In this document: positions 23,061 to 34,891 of the stretch, one piece after another
How the letters are laid out: the number at the start of each line of letters is the position of its first letter
Numbering within the stretch: the first letter of the stretch is position 1
Assembly: GCA_965218695.1 (NCBI GenBank)
Contig: OZ244651.1
Span: 448,001 to 512,000 of the forward strand
From: Nitrosopumilus sp.
GTDB lineage: Archaea; Thermoproteota; Nitrososphaeria; Nitrososphaerales; Nitrosopumilaceae
Reading direction: 5' to 3'
DNA length: 64,000 nucleotides
Program-made: the position numbers and the translations under genes
Notes under the pieces: generated by a model
Told to the model about the DNA's origin: nothing
What the model saw: only the letters and a program-made list of their open reading frames with translations
Database searches by the model: none

Positions 23061-23490
23061 GCGGCTATTACCGGACGGGATGCGTGTTCAGATAAAAGGC
23101 GGTCCCTGTGCCTCTAAGGACACGTAGCCAGCGACCACTGACGGGAACCGTACTTGTGTTACGCCAAGATCATATTTAGGCGTTTTGAACGCCATTTTTG
23201 GCACTGTTCAAAAATGTGGATCATGCCCAAACCTCATTCGAATAGAACCGTCAGATCGCCCAATTTGAACAGTGCCTCCACACCCCCAAGCTATTCCGCC
23301 TTACCCCGCCCGGGTTCAGGTGCCCAAGATTACACAGAACCTACCAAAGAAAGCCTAAGAATCGACGGGGCATAAGGCATGCAGATCGAAAGCCAGTTGG
23401 AATAGGCAGTCTGGCGGGAACGGATGTTGGCATAGGTGGGTTATTTGAGGATCTAACCTGATTTATTTTGGGGTACATCCCAGCCTAGTT

Positions 23491-23575
23491 GCCGGGATAG
23501 CCAAGCGGTAAGGCGGCCGTCTCGAAAACGGCTATGTGAAAGCATGCAGGGGTTCGAATCCCTTTCCCGGCGCCA
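23491..23575 (+). tRNA. tRNA-Ser(CGA)
   Basis: Acceptor GCCGGGA/TCCCGGC, anticodon arm GCCGT-CTCGAAA-ACGGC, long variable arm, GGTTCGAATCC, G73 followed by CCA. Confidence 0.95.
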
Positions 23576-23843
23576 CCACAATCACCCTCATGGAATGTAA
23601 AAGCAGTGGTTTCCGTATATCCTGTAGCAGTTGGTGAATAGCAGGTAGAACGTTATGATCGACAGCGGCCCGAATATCAGAAACAGCGTACGGTGACTCA
23701 TCCGGTTCAGCCAGTCAAATATCCCCATGACTCGTGTATCCGCAGCGCGCAATAATAGTTTGACACCCCGGGACCGACCGACCGACCGCCCGCCCGCCTG
23801 GCACCAGATACCCCCAAAACGCCCTCAAAATCTTTAAAGTCGC

Positions 23844-24047
23844 ATGACTGCAAGACCTGCCATGGCCGGAGAGATCGAATCCCGCATACTGGCATCGGGA
23901 ATTCCCCTGGACAGGCTGATCCTCCACTTTCGGGAGAGGTGCAGGGTGTGCGGGCACCACCGGATAATGCACGACGAGGCCGGCCGTTGCGAGGGCGTGA
24001 TGAACAAGCCGTGCAACTCCGGATGCGACGGCTTTGAGGCAGAATGA
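23844..24047 (+). CDS. Small Cys/His (Zn-binding) protein
   Basis: CxxCGH..H..C..C..C pattern; TTTAAA upstream. Confidence 0.65.
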   Translation: MTARPAMAGEIESRILASGIPLDRLILHFRERCRVCGHHRIMHDEAGRCEGVMNKPCNSGCDGFEAE

Positions 24048-24059
24048 TCACAACGCCTC

Positions 24060-25308
24060 GGCGTTGTCCACATTTTGATAATTAGGTCTCATTTCACGAT
24101 ATTTTGGATTCGTGCAGGTGTCCTAAATCGTAACCCTGGAGGGGTTTTTGACACTGCCATGCCTACGATTTGTCATTTTTGAACTGTTTTCATCATGTGG
24201 TGCATGGCATCCGCTGGAACCGGAAACCGGCATTCTGCCCCTGCCGGAGCCCTATGCTATCAGATTGTAGCAGATGCTTCTCAGGATGACTTGGAGCCTT
24301 TGCATGGGAAACGTCTTTGCTGCCACGACGGAACCGAACCTCTCCTTCATGGACGAGAACACGGACTCGACGAGGTTGCGTTGGTGGTACACCTTCTCGA
24401 ATCCTTCCCGATCCCGCCTGAACCAGCGGAGCATCTCTGCCCTGGGATTGAAGCCCTTTGCGGTGTGGTTTTTGCGGGGCCAGATCACCGGTTTTCTGCC
24501 GCTGTCGTAGATCATCTTGCAGTTGGCGTGCGCGTCATACGCCGAATCCAGCATGACATGCCCGTCGCCGTCTGGCGTGCGGGCAAACATCTTTCTGAAT
24601 ATAGGCGAGTCGTGGGCAAGTCCGGGCGTCACCATGCATGCGGCGATCCTTCCGTGCGGGGCTACCAGTATGTGCAGCTTGACGAACTGACGCCTGGGTA
24701 TGATGCCCTTCTTGGCATCCTCCCAGTCGGCGTAGATGTTGATGGAAAACCCGCTTGCGTCCCCAAGGAGCGGACCGCATGCGTCGCCTCCTGCCTGTCT
24801 TGGCATCACCCCCATCAGCATCTCCTGTTGCTCTGCCAGATGTTTGGCTGCTGCATGCAGGCATGATTTGGACGGAACGGCTTTTAAGCCGCAGACGTGC
24901 AGTGAACCCGGGTTTGCCTCAAGGTACGAGACGTGTTCCCGGTACGAGTTGCCGCGAAACTCCTTGTCCACGAGGCAGATCAAGTAGGAGATTCTGCGCC
25001 GGTCCTTGTCGGACTCGGGTTTGCAGATCTCGTACAGGGTGGTGGTAAGGGAACGGATGCTGTGAATCACACGCTTCCCCTCTCCACTTCTTCGTATCTC
25101 GTATTCCTTGCTGTAGCCTTTCGGCCGTACCCATTTCTTCTTGTTTTCCTTGTCGCTGTTTTCCTTGTCTCTGTTCTTTGCCTTCCTCTTTTTCCTGTTG
25201 GAATTCATTAATTGTGGACGGGATCGGTGATCCAAAACCTTTCTGATGCCTGACGCTGATGATCTTTAAGCTTATCGATGGTTTTTTGACGAAGGTGTGG
25301 ACAACGCC
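24060..25308 (-). mobile_element. IS5-family element, second copy of 696-1930 (transposase 24252-25235)
   Basis: Same TIRs; 10-bp TSD ACAACGCCTC at 24050-24059, recovered at 26862-26871 beyond the nested IS66. Confidence 0.9.
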
Positions 25309-25313
25309 ACAAC

Positions 25314-26858
25314 GTATGAATTCACCTGCCCCTTATATCAGTCGACCAACTTCTTCGGCCACGCTCTTGCCATGTGCCCTCCACGTGAGGACGCACGTGA
25401 CAAAATCTGCAAGGCGCTTCATGGCCTTGGAGCCGCCCTTGGTCTGCCCGCTTATCTTGCGGAACACCACCAGGTAGCGCAGCGCCCTCTCGCTGGCGTT
25501 GTTTGTAGGCTCGACGCCGGGATGCTCCAGGAACGCAAACATGCGGTGCAGGTGCCTCTCGAGCTTGTCCAGCACCTTTTGCATGTCGTCATCGTTACCA
25601 CCACCACCGGCATCGCGGTACCGGTCAAGCACGTCCTGCATGGTGCGGTTCATCGTATGCCGCAGCTGTGGCGAGCGCGCCTCCTGCGCGGCCAGCAGTT
25701 TTGCCCTCTCAAACACCCACTTGTGGTCCTCGTGGAGCTGCTGCCGCCGCCGCCGGACACGTTTGGTCTCGGGAGGCACGGCGCAGTATTTTTCTGCCAG
25801 GTGCCTTGTCTGCCGGAGGTCGTGCGCCCAGCACGACTGGTGCATGCCGTCCTTGTCAAACCTGTCATATCCGGTGTACCCGTCAGTTATCGCCACCCCG
25901 TCAAATTTGTCCATGGCATCGAGCATGAGCGTGGCCCTGCTCTGGCTGATGTTTATTGCGATGTTTTTGCCCGACTGTGCCACGTTTGCGTGTACCTTCT
26001 GGCCGTCGTTTCGCCAGCTGGTTTCGTCAAACCCGGCACAGTCAGAAGCCTCCACTTCCCCGAGGATCCTGCCTGCCTCGTGGCCCGAGGCGTCCCCGAC
26101 GCGTGCCATGATGTTGTTGACGGTGGATCCTGCAAGCATAATGCCCGTTATGGAGCGCACCGCGACCGAGATTCCCTTGAGCGGCACCCGTGCCGCGCGC
26201 AGTTCTGAGACGAGTCCGACCATGCCCTTGCCGAAGTTGCCCCGCCGCGGCAGGTCGTTTGGAGCATCTTCCCTGCGGCCGCATGAGCCGCATACTGCAG
26301 TCTCCACGCGGTGCCGCGTCTCGCACGCAGTCACCCTGATGTCCGTGATGTCCCGCACGCGCGGACTGCCAATCGCCATCCGGCCGCCGCCGCCGCCGCA
26401 CCCGCATTCCGGGAGCACCGGCACCCGCCTCCTGCCCGACTTCCTGCGCCCGAACCTGTGGGATACGGTCCTTTCCGGGTCGTGGGGGCGCGACGCCCCC
26501 GCGTGTCCCTTTCTTCCCCCGCGCTTGGATTTGCCCTCCTTTTCCTGTTTTTTTGCCCGCTCCCTCTTCTGGGCCTTCCATTCCAGGGATTCAGATGAGG
26601 GCGGCGTGTTGGGGTTTGTATAGTATGTCATGAGGCGTTCGCTGTACCCCAAGGCCCTTTCAAGACGTTCTATCCTGCCAAGTGCCTTCTCAAGATCGGA
26701 TTTGAGGGTGGCAATCTCCCGGTTCCGTGCTAGGAGTTCCTCTTTTAGCTGGTCCCTGCTCATGTGCCGTGAATTTACCATGTAAAGTGATGTGTATTGC
26801 CAGCATATGGATCAGTATGATCATTTTTTTGTGACAGGAAGGACAGGTGAATTCATAC
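25314..26858 (-). mobile_element. IS66-family single-ORF element (transposase 25333-26781)
   Basis: TIR GTATGAATTCACCTG; 8-bp TSD GCCACAAC; PPSS, DETSW, TDGY, QSCWAH and TNNASER motifs. Confidence 0.92.
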
Positions 26859-26903
26859 GCCACAACGCCTCCAATCCTTTAATAGGTCACGCCATACCTG
26901 TGT

Positions 26904-27554
26904 ATGTTGAGCCCGGATGATGTCCAGGAGAGAATATATCCGCTCGGTTACGAGCCCAAGGACGTTCCAGACCCGCATGATCAGGACACCCGGAACAAGC
27001 TTCTCAACTTCATTCTCGCATCCCAAGTCTCCGAGGTCGTAGACACCGATCTCTTCGCGGTGATGGCAAAGAGGCGCTCCACAAGGCGGTTTCTTGACAG
27101 GCCAGTCGATGCAACCAAGGTGGACAAGATCATCGCGGCTGCAGACACGGCCCCCACTGCGGGAAACTATCAGGGGTTTGAGATATTCTACGTCCGTAGC
27201 CCCGAAAAGAAGGTGCGCCTGGTGGAGGCATGCAACAACCAGCCGTACGTCCACGCGCCGGTGGTCCTTGCCTTCTGCAAGAATCCCTCCCGGGTAAAGT
27301 TTGACTTTTCTGAGTACATCCTCAAAAAGTTTGCAATCCAGGACGCCACCCTGGCCGCAGGCTACTCGCAGCTTGCAGCGCAGGCGCTGGGGCTGAGCTC
27401 CATCTGGATAGGCATGTTTGACGAGAAGAAGGTGATGGCCGTGCTGGGGACCGATCTTGTCCCGTCATCGATCCTGTGCATCGGATACCCCAAGCAGACA
27501 AAGTTCCCAAAGTCCCGACGGAACCTAAAGGATCTGGTCCATGTCGTCTGGTGA
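26904..27554 (+). CDS. Nitroreductase family protein
   Basis: RRSTRRF, APTAGNYQ and GLSSIWIG motifs. Confidence 0.88.
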   Translation: MLSPDDVQERIYPLGYEPKDVPDPHDQDTRNKLLNFILASQVSEVVDTDLFAVMAKRRSTRRFLDRPVDATKVDKIIAAADTAPTAGNYQGFEIFYVRSPEKKVRLVEACNNQPYVHAPVVLAFCKNPSRVKFDFSEYILKKFAIQDATLAAGYSQLAAQALGLSSIWIGMFDEKKVMAVLGTDLVPSSILCIGYPKQTKFPKSRRNLKDLVHVVW

Positions 27555-27611
27555 TCCTGCCGGCCCAGCCAATCGCCCATCTTTAAATAATCATGGCTTC
27601 CTGTGTAGTTT

Positions 27612-27854
27612 ATGGTTACCGCGTATGTCATGCTGAACTGTGATCTGGGGGCAGAATCCGAGGTCATCAAGGCGCTGCATGAGATAGAGCAGACAGTGGA
27701 CGTCTTTGAGACCATCGGGACGCATGACGTGATGGTGAAGATCCAGGCAGAGAACTTTGAGAAGATCAGGGAGGTCGTATCCTGGAACATCCAGAAGATG
27801 AAGAAGATCCGCTCCACTGTCACCCTGATAAAGAAAGAGACCGCCGCCGCCTGA
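27612..27854 (+). CDS. Lrp/AsnC ligand-binding-domain protein
   Basis: AYVMLN, GTHDV and IRSTVTLI motifs. Confidence 0.85.
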   Translation: MVTAYVMLNCDLGAESEVIKALHEIEQTVDVFETIGTHDVMVKIQAENFEKIREVVSWNIQKMKKIRSTVTLIKKETAAA

Positions 27855-27905
27855 ATTCGTGCAGATCCCCAAACCCCTAATAACGCGCGTGCCAGACGTG
27901 GTGGC

Positions 27906-28418
27906 ATGACCACGATATACCTTGCAAGCCCGTACGGCTTTACCTCTGCAGGCGTGGAGTACCTGGCAAAGATCGTCCCGTTCCTGCAGGAGAAGAACCT
28001 GACGGTGCTGGACCCGTGGAGAAGCCTGCCAGAGGTTGCGCAGAAGATCAAAGACATCCAAAGGCTTCCCCTGGAGTCCCAGAACCGGCACCTCGGGCGC
28101 CTCAACGACTCCGTGGCAGACCAGAACACCCGGGACATAGACCAATCCGACGTGGTCGTAGCCGTGCTTGACGGCACGGATGTCGACAGCGGGGTCGCAG
28201 CCGAGATCGGGTACGCGTTTGCACAAAGAAAGAGGATCTACGGGTACAGGAGCGACTTTAGGCTTGCAGGGGACAATTCTGCTGCCCTGGTAAACCTGCA
28301 GGTGGAGTACTTTATAACCAGGTCGGGGGGCGCGATATTCGACACTCTGGAGAACCTCGGGGACGCACTGTCCGGAGAATCCGGCCGGCCGTTGCCGCCG
28401 CCGCCGGCTGCCCCATAA
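27906..28418 (+). CDS. Nucleoside 2-deoxyribosyltransferase
   Basis: IYLASP and DVDSGVAAEIGYA motifs. Confidence 0.88.
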   Translation: MTTIYLASPYGFTSAGVEYLAKIVPFLQEKNLTVLDPWRSLPEVAQKIKDIQRLPLESQNRHLGRLNDSVADQNTRDIDQSDVVVAVLDGTDVDSGVAAEIGYAFAQRKRIYGYRSDFRLAGDNSAALVNLQVEYFITRSGGAIFDTLENLGDALSGESGRPLPPPPAAP

Positions 28419-28425
28419 CCTTTGA

Positions 28426-28827
28426 TCACTTGGAATCGCCCGGACTCTCCCTTCTGCCCGGCCCCACTATGTCCTCGGGCCTCACCCTGCTGTCCCAGTC
28501 TCCCCTCATCCCCTTGACGAGTGCGACTGCCCCTGCGCCGATGATCCCGATCACCAGGGACAGGAACAGCACCTCGGCTCGAATCTTGTCTGCGCAGTCG
28601 ACCTCCCGGGGCGGAATCTCCTCTCGGACCCCCTCCCCCCATGGCGGCAGCAGCGCATCCTCGCGGGGGCCCTCCACGTACGTGCTCTCATCTGCGTACT
28701 CGTAGCATGTCCCAAACTCGCCTGATTCCACAAACGCGCCACTGTACCTGTCTCCGAGAACCCCCAGTACCACAAACCCTGCAAAGATCAGTGCGACACC
28801 GGCCAGGATGAATCGCATGTCGCTCAT
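28426..28827 (-). CDS. Hypothetical two-TM membrane protein
   Basis: Two hydrophobic helices; KGMRGDWD tail. Confidence 0.7.
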   Translation of the reverse strand: MSDMRFILAGVALIFAGFVVLGVLGDRYSGAFVESGEFGTCYEYADESTYVEGPREDALLPPWGEGVREEIPPREVDCADKIRAEVLFLSLVIGIIGAGAVALVKGMRGDWDSRVRPEDIVGPGRRESPGDSK

Positions 28828-28878
28828 GCCGGTTTTAGGCAGCCAGTCTATTTACGCCTTGGTTTCGTCATCATATCG

Positions 28879-29331
28879 TCATCCCTCAAGCAGCCTCTTC
28901 AGATTGCCAAGGGACTTTTCATAGAACGAGCCCATGGACTCCACAAACGCAAGAAACTCCGCCTCTGCCATTCTCTGGCTGTTCATGTACGACCTCCACG
29001 CTATCCTTGTCTTCCCTGCCGGTGCCGGGCTGAGCGATATCGTGGCAATATAGGCCCGCAGCGGCAGGCCGTCTGTTGCAGCATACGTAAAGTGCTCCCC
29101 GTTCTTCCAGTCGACTATGTGTTCCTCGACTTTGTCCCCGTTTGCAAACGTGAGCAGCCTGACTGCGCCGACGCCCCTCCTCTTCTTTGACAGGTATGCC
29201 GCATCCTGCACCCCTTCGGCCCATGCAGGCAGCCCCACGATGTTGCCAAGCACCCTCCACGCCCTTTCTGCAGGCGCCCCGACCGTGGCGGTCCTCTTCA
29301 GAGTTCCCGTGTGGAATGACCCTGGCCCCAT
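28879..29331 (-). CDS. SRPBCC/polyketide-cyclase family protein
   Basis: APAERAW, GVGAVR and LGNLKRLLE motifs. Confidence 0.82.
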   Translation of the reverse strand: MGPGSFHTGTLKRTATVGAPAERAWRVLGNIVGLPAWAEGVQDAAYLSKKRRGVGAVRLLTFANGDKVEEHIVDWKNGEHFTYAATDGLPLRAYIATISLSPAPAGKTRIAWRSYMNSQRMAEAEFLAFVESMGSFYEKSLGNLKRLLEG

Positions 29332-29488
29332 GCTGGCTTGCGCGCGATGCGGGATTTAAAACTTGCACGACAGGCAGCAGGAACCGCTCACGCCATCGGC
29401 CCTTGGAGTTACCCGCAGGCCCTTTCCCGCTCCGGCAAGGCACCCAAAAGTCCAACGATTTTTAATCCCCAAATACCAATATACTGGG

Positions 29489-30766
29489 ATGGTGTTTGGC
29501 TGGGGCAGAAAGAAGCGGGAGGACGAGCCTGTCCGGGAGGTTCCGCAGCGCAGCGAGATCGGCCTGCATGACGTGCCCAGTGTACTTGCCGAACTGAACC
29601 AGACAAAGGCCGCACGTGCAGTCCATGACATAATCTACCTGCGCGACGCGATCGCGCCGCTTGTCGATGACATGATGAGGATTGGGAACCTGCTGGAGAG
29701 GGACAGCCTCAACGTTGACGACATAGACAAGCATCTTGCAGTGATAGTAGTCCGTGGAAAGAAGCAGGTCATTGAGGTCATCAAGAGGGAGGTGGCCCAC
29801 CTGCAGCCGGTATCGTCCATTCGGGACGTGCCTGCCTTCGAGTCCACCCTGAACCAGCTCCTCAAGAAGGTCGGATCCGTCCTTGGACGGCAGTCCAAGG
29901 TGATACACATATTTGCAAAAAAGTACGCCGGACGCCTAAAGAGCAACCTTGAGATGATGACTACCCACCACAAGAGGATCCGCGAGCTGATCTCCGAGTA
30001 CGACTCTGTGGTGGCCAAGTCCGACGAGATAACCGGCATGATCGACCAGATCGGTGCCCTGGGAACCTCCAGGCAGGAGGGATCCCAGAGGATCGGGGAG
30101 CTGCGCAAAGACATCGAGGAGAGGGATGCTGCAATAGCGTTCATCCGGAGCCTGATTGCCAAGATAAAGTCCTCTGACAGATACTGCAGGTATGTGGAAT
30201 TGAAGGACAACCTTGACGCGTTTGCAGGGCAAAAGGCCGAGATCCGGGCCAGGATAAACTCGCAGTTTGCCAAGATCTCAAGGCCCCTGGGCAGGTACGA
30301 GTACGGCTCGGCACTGGACAAGGACCAAAAGAGGGTCCTTTCGGGGCTCATCGCAGACCCGTTCGGCGTGCTTGTGGCGCCAAACCTGGCGCCCATCGGC
30401 GAGATACTGGCAAACGTCAAGCGGGGAATATCGTCCGGCTCCATCTCGGTCAAGGACGTTCCAAAGACGCTTTCATACCTGGCAGAGACTGCAGGGTCAG
30501 TCGGTGCGTTTGCAAGGCAGATCTCCGAGCATCATGCAGAGTACCATAGACTTGAAGAGGAGATGAACGCCGTAAGATCAGACGACCTGCAGACCACAGA
30601 GGAGGATCTTGCCAAGAGCATCGCATTCAAGGAGAGCGCCGAGGAGAGGATCCAGGTGATCCAAGACGACATGGACGCTGCCGCATCAAGGATCGTCCTG
30701 CTGAAGTCCCAGATTGGCGACGCGCTGGGGCAGTCCACAAAGTTCCAATACGTATTGAAATCCTAA
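29489..30766 (+). CDS. Coiled-coil hypothetical protein
   Basis: Long helical heptad-rich ORF starting MVFGWG. Confidence 0.7.
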   Translation: MVFGWGRKKREDEPVREVPQRSEIGLHDVPSVLAELNQTKAARAVHDIIYLRDAIAPLVDDMMRIGNLLERDSLNVDDIDKHLAVIVVRGKKQVIEVIKREVAHLQPVSSIRDVPAFESTLNQLLKKVGSVLGRQSKVIHIFAKKYAGRLKSNLEMMTTHHKRIRELISEYDSVVAKSDEITGMIDQIGALGTSRQEGSQRIGELRKDIEERDAAIAFIRSLIAKIKSSDRYCRYVELKDNLDAFAGQKAEIRARINSQFAKISRPLGRYEYGSALDKDQKRVLSGLIADPFGVLVAPNLAPIGEILANVKRGISSGSISVKDVPKTLSYLAETAGSVGAFARQISEHHAEYHRLEEEMNAVRSDDLQTTEEDLAKSIAFKESAEERIQVIQDDMDAAASRIVLLKSQIGDALGQSTKFQYVLKS

Positions 30767-30793
30767 AATTGGCCAGGGCATGACATCATTGGT

Positions 30794-31198
30794 GTGATGA
30801 TATTCAAGACCAAAAAGATCGAGCGCAGCGTCGTGCTTCAAAGGGACGCGCTTGACAGCATACTGTCCTACTGCAAGATGAAGCATCCCAACGAGGCAGT
30901 CCTGATACTCAAGGGCAAGTCCAGGAAGGGGCAGATAAGGATTGACGGCCTTGTCATTCCGCCGTTCAGCGAGACGGGCCCCACGTTTGCCGGATTCCCG
31001 CACTCGTTTCTCCCCTTTGACATGAGCTATGTGGGGCTCGTCCACTCCCATCCAAGCGGCTCGGCCGAACCGTCAGTCACCGACCTGCACAACTTCTTTG
31101 GCCTGGTATCGCTGATAGTCAAGTTTCCATACGATGACGAGTCGGTATTTGCCTGGGACAGCGGCGGAAACCCCGTGCCACTGACTACGGCGGAGTGA
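30794..31198 (+). CDS. JAMM/MPN (Mov34) metalloprotease
   Basis: HPNE..HSHPSG..PS..D motif. Confidence 0.9.
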   Translation: MMIFKTKKIERSVVLQRDALDSILSYCKMKHPNEAVLILKGKSRKGQIRIDGLVIPPFSETGPTFAGFPHSFLPFDMSYVGLVHSHPSGSAEPSVTDLHNFFGLVSLIVKFPYDDESVFAWDSGGNPVPLTTAE

Positions 31199-31209
31199 TT
31201 CCGGGGCAA

Positions 31210-31241
31210 GAAATGAATCAATCGTTCATTTCATTTAAATA
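31210..31241 (+). promoter_or_regulatory. Palindrome plus TATA box of S-layer gene 1
   Basis: GAAATGAA-TCAATCG-TTCATTTC, then TTTAAATA 27 nt before ATG 31269. Confidence 0.6.
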
Positions 31242-31370
31242 CTGTTTTCCTGATTGAAATTCAATAACATGTTTAACATAAAAACACGTATTGCAAATAG
31301 CAATACACCAAAAAAACAATTTACAGAAAGAAACACAAACACAATAAAGAACGCAAACTTACGAAAAAAC

Positions 31371-32969
31371 GTAACTGTGTAGTTTTTTGATCAAATGCTG
31401 AATTCCATGTCTCCAAGAAACTATGTATTTTTTTGACATAGGACCAGACCCTCGCGCAGGACCGTGCCAAGATCATCTCCCCTTGCCTTGCATGTCTGCT
31501 TGATGCTCATCAGCGTGGCAATGGCGTCTGCGCCCTTCTTTGACCTGCTCCCGTTGCTGTTCTTGCGCAGGATGACGCACGGCCTGATGGCCCGCTCTGC
31601 CCGGTTGTTGTGGTATTCGACATCGTCTGTCTCCAGAAACGCAAACAGGTGATCCCTTTCCCGCACCAGCCTCTTGCGCATCCTGTTGCAGTGCTTGCAG
31701 TCGCGGTTCTTCTCGAGCCTGCCTATCATGGACGCGATGCGACGATCCAGCCTCTTCTTTGCGGCAAGCGCGTCTGCCCCTCCCGGAACGGCGCCGTCGA
31801 CGTGCGAGTCCCGCAGTATCGCGCGCAGCGTCCTTGCGTGCCGACGGTAGTCCTGGCCGGGATTCTTGTATCTCAGGGTGGCCTTGACGTCCCGGACGTA
31901 ATGCAGGTGGCACTTTTGGTGCATGGCTCCTATGACGTTCCACGCTCCCCACGAGTCAGACGTCACGCATCCCGGGTAGTCCTTGCCGAGCATCTTTTTT
32001 GGAACCTTCGAGTTCCTGCGGCGGTGCACCTCGTAGATTACGGCGTACCTTGTTACCACCGCCCACAGCCAGTAGTTCGTGCCGTCGACGCGCCAGACGG
32101 ACTCGTCCCCGTTTATCGCAGGCGAGTTTCTTACCTCCTCCTTGATCTTCTCGTACAGCGGCCCGAGCTCCCGGGCCATCCTGCACACCATACGGTTTAT
32201 CGCAGATTCCGTGATTCTTGCCGAGTACATCATCATGACAATATTGCATATTCTGAGGTCTGACATGCCGTGCAGCCTGAGGATGACCATCATTATCATA
32301 AAGTTGATCCCGTACCTGGAGTTTGGCAGTGCCAGCGGAGTCCTGCCGGACACGGTCTTCTTGCAGTTCCTGCAACGTCTTCTCTTTACTGTCACCTTGA
32401 TGTGCTTTAGTTCCGTCTTGGCAGCCTCCCTTACCACCTTTGTGTACGTGGATACGCACTCGGAGAGGTCGGAGCTGCCGCAGTTGTCGCACGTGTGGGG
32501 ATCTGCCGTCTCCTCTGCGTCTATTCTTTCAGGACGCGCAAGGCCCGTGCGCCTGTGGACGCTTGGCTTGCCCTTGGCCTTTGTGCGGCGTCTGGCACTG
32601 CCCGTCTTTTTGTCAGGTTTTGCGCCGATGCTCCTTGCAACGGCAGCCGATATGGTGCCCCTTGCTTCCTGCAACTCTGCCGTGAGGTCCTGGATCTGCC
32701 TGAGGGCGGCAGCGTAAAGATCAGTGAGTTTGGCTATCTGCTGGTCCTTTTTGGCCAGCTGCCCTGCCATCATCTCCACTTTTTCCTCCAGTTCTGCAAT
32801 CCTTGACTCGGAATTATCATCAGACATAATGCAAACCGTGGGAACTGATGATCTAAAAATTGGAATGGAGAGAAAAACTCGATCAAGTGATTAAAAATAG
32901 TTTCAAAAAAACTACACAGACGTTTGTAGGCATGGAATTCAACATTTGATCAAAAAACTACACAGTTAC
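31371..32969 (-). mobile_element. IS66-family single-ORF element (transposase 31421-32827)
   Basis: About 38-bp TIR GTAACTGTGTAGTTTTTTGATCAAATG..; 8-bp TSD GAAAAAAC; DESVW, QKCHLH and NNRAER motifs. Confidence 0.92.
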
Positions 32970-34891
32970 GAAAAAACTAGTTTAACACTGATGACGATAA
33001 TGGTGGCAGGCGGACTCACGTTTGCCATACCCGGCATGGAGCCGGCACAGGCAGCCCAGATAAACAGCAACCCGAACCTTCTGGTTTCAGCAGAGGGACA
33101 AAACGCAGGCAACGAGATTGCAGAAACCAACATAGTGGAGGTCATCGTAAATGACGAGGATATCAACGAGCTTGGTAATGCCGAACCACGTGTAACTGTG
33201 GGCGGTGATAAACTTACAATGTATCAGGCTGGTTCTGGTGCATGGTATGGATACTTTGCAGACGAGGACTTTGAAACCATTTTCGATCTTGCGTGTACTG
33301 CTGCTGCTCCACCTCTTGGTGCCCTCTGTGCTCCGGACGTTACCGGAAACTATCTCAGAGACACACCAGCTAGAGGATCAACTGATACTCTAGGCGGTAC
33401 GGAGGCAAATGTCTATCTCTTTGAACTCAGTGGCGAATTTGACATCGTCTACGAGAAGGCAGGAGGCGACCAGACCGTGACTCTGGATATTGATAATCCT
33501 GCATCTGGACTCAGTCTGGACAGGAACAACTACCCGCAGAATACCGGCGTGGTGGCTACCATCGAAGACCAGGCACTGAATGTGGATCCTACTGGTAAGG
33601 ATACATGGACATTTGGCACTGACGGGAACTCGCAGTTCTACGGGACTGCTACTGGCCTTGCAGGGCTTGTAACCGCTGCTCAAACCAGAAATACTGACAT
33701 CGATAACGCTAATACTGCATATGAAACGGCTATTGCTAATGTTCAATTCGATCGCGCAGAAGCAAAGCGAATACTGGACAACGCAATTGATCTTGCAGAC
33801 GAGGTTATTACTAACCCAATTGCAGCCACAACCGACAAAATAAGGCTTATTGCAGAATATGGGCAAGGCGATAGAGACACCGCCTCTGGCGTTGATGCCA
33901 TTGACGATGCCGCTCTAGCCAGTGTTACCGTTACCAGAAACGATGTTACCACTGCCACTCTCCCAGACTTTATTGCACCCGCGAACCTTGCTGACTTTGA
34001 TGAAGACTCCAAGGGTCTCAGACAATTGCTCTTCGAAAGCCTATATGGTACAGGAGACAGAGATTCCAATGATGCAGAAAGCGATGACTACAAGGGCAGT
34101 CTACTGGTAGACTACGAAGCAGTCGCTGGTACAGGAGACAGAGATTCCAATGATGCAGAAAGCGATGACTACAAGGGTACCGCACTGATAGCCTTAGAAA
34201 GGGTAGTTGGAAACGGAGACAGAGATGTTACTCCCGCCACTGAGCAGGAGATAACAAACATAACTGAGGGTACTGACCCAGTACCTGATGACTACAGGGG
34301 CTCAGCACAGATAGCCTATGATACTGCTCTTGACACCGCTGATATCGCCGGAACCGCCGTTACTACGGCTCTTGAGGCGTTTGACATTAGCGACCCAAGG
34401 AGCCTGCTCACGTGTGAGGGTGACACCTGTACTCAAGTCGGCAGTACCTTTTGGGTAACATTCACAGAAGACGGAGACAACGACTCCATATTCACTAACG
34501 CGCCAGACGACGAACCAAACATAAAGACTACATCCGATGCGAGACGGGGACTGTCATTTTCAATCGAATATGACAACTCCGTGACATCCGGCATAGAGTA
34601 CGCCACGACCAACATCGTAATAGATGCAGGAGACGAGTGGAACTCTGGCGAGGAGATCGCAATCACGCTGACAGACAGTGACGCCAACACCAACTCACTA
34701 TCAGAAGAAACCCTCGCAGTTGCAGATACAGACAGGGTCATTCCAACCATCAGGATTGGCGACCCGTTCACCTTGGCAGGGACAGTTTCAGTAGAACTGG
34801 AAACGGCTGACGGTGCTGATACGGACGAGCTACGTGATGTCAGGACTTACAGAGAACCCACAGTCACAGATGTCAGCGACATACTTGTGCT

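Noticed and set aside
20730-23150. Gene fragment around the IS66 insertion site (WESIKEKYFNLDGGYYRTGC)
   Set aside because: Too short and stop-interrupted to assign.
23491-23575. tRNA-Ser as the integrase attachment site
   Set aside because: No duplicated tRNA 3' fragment was seen in the window.
25297-26623. Long plus-strand ORFs antisense to the IS66 transposase (likewise 3311-4273, 42510-43391, 14948-15958)
   Set aside because: Shadow ORFs expected opposite GC-rich genes; no motifs.
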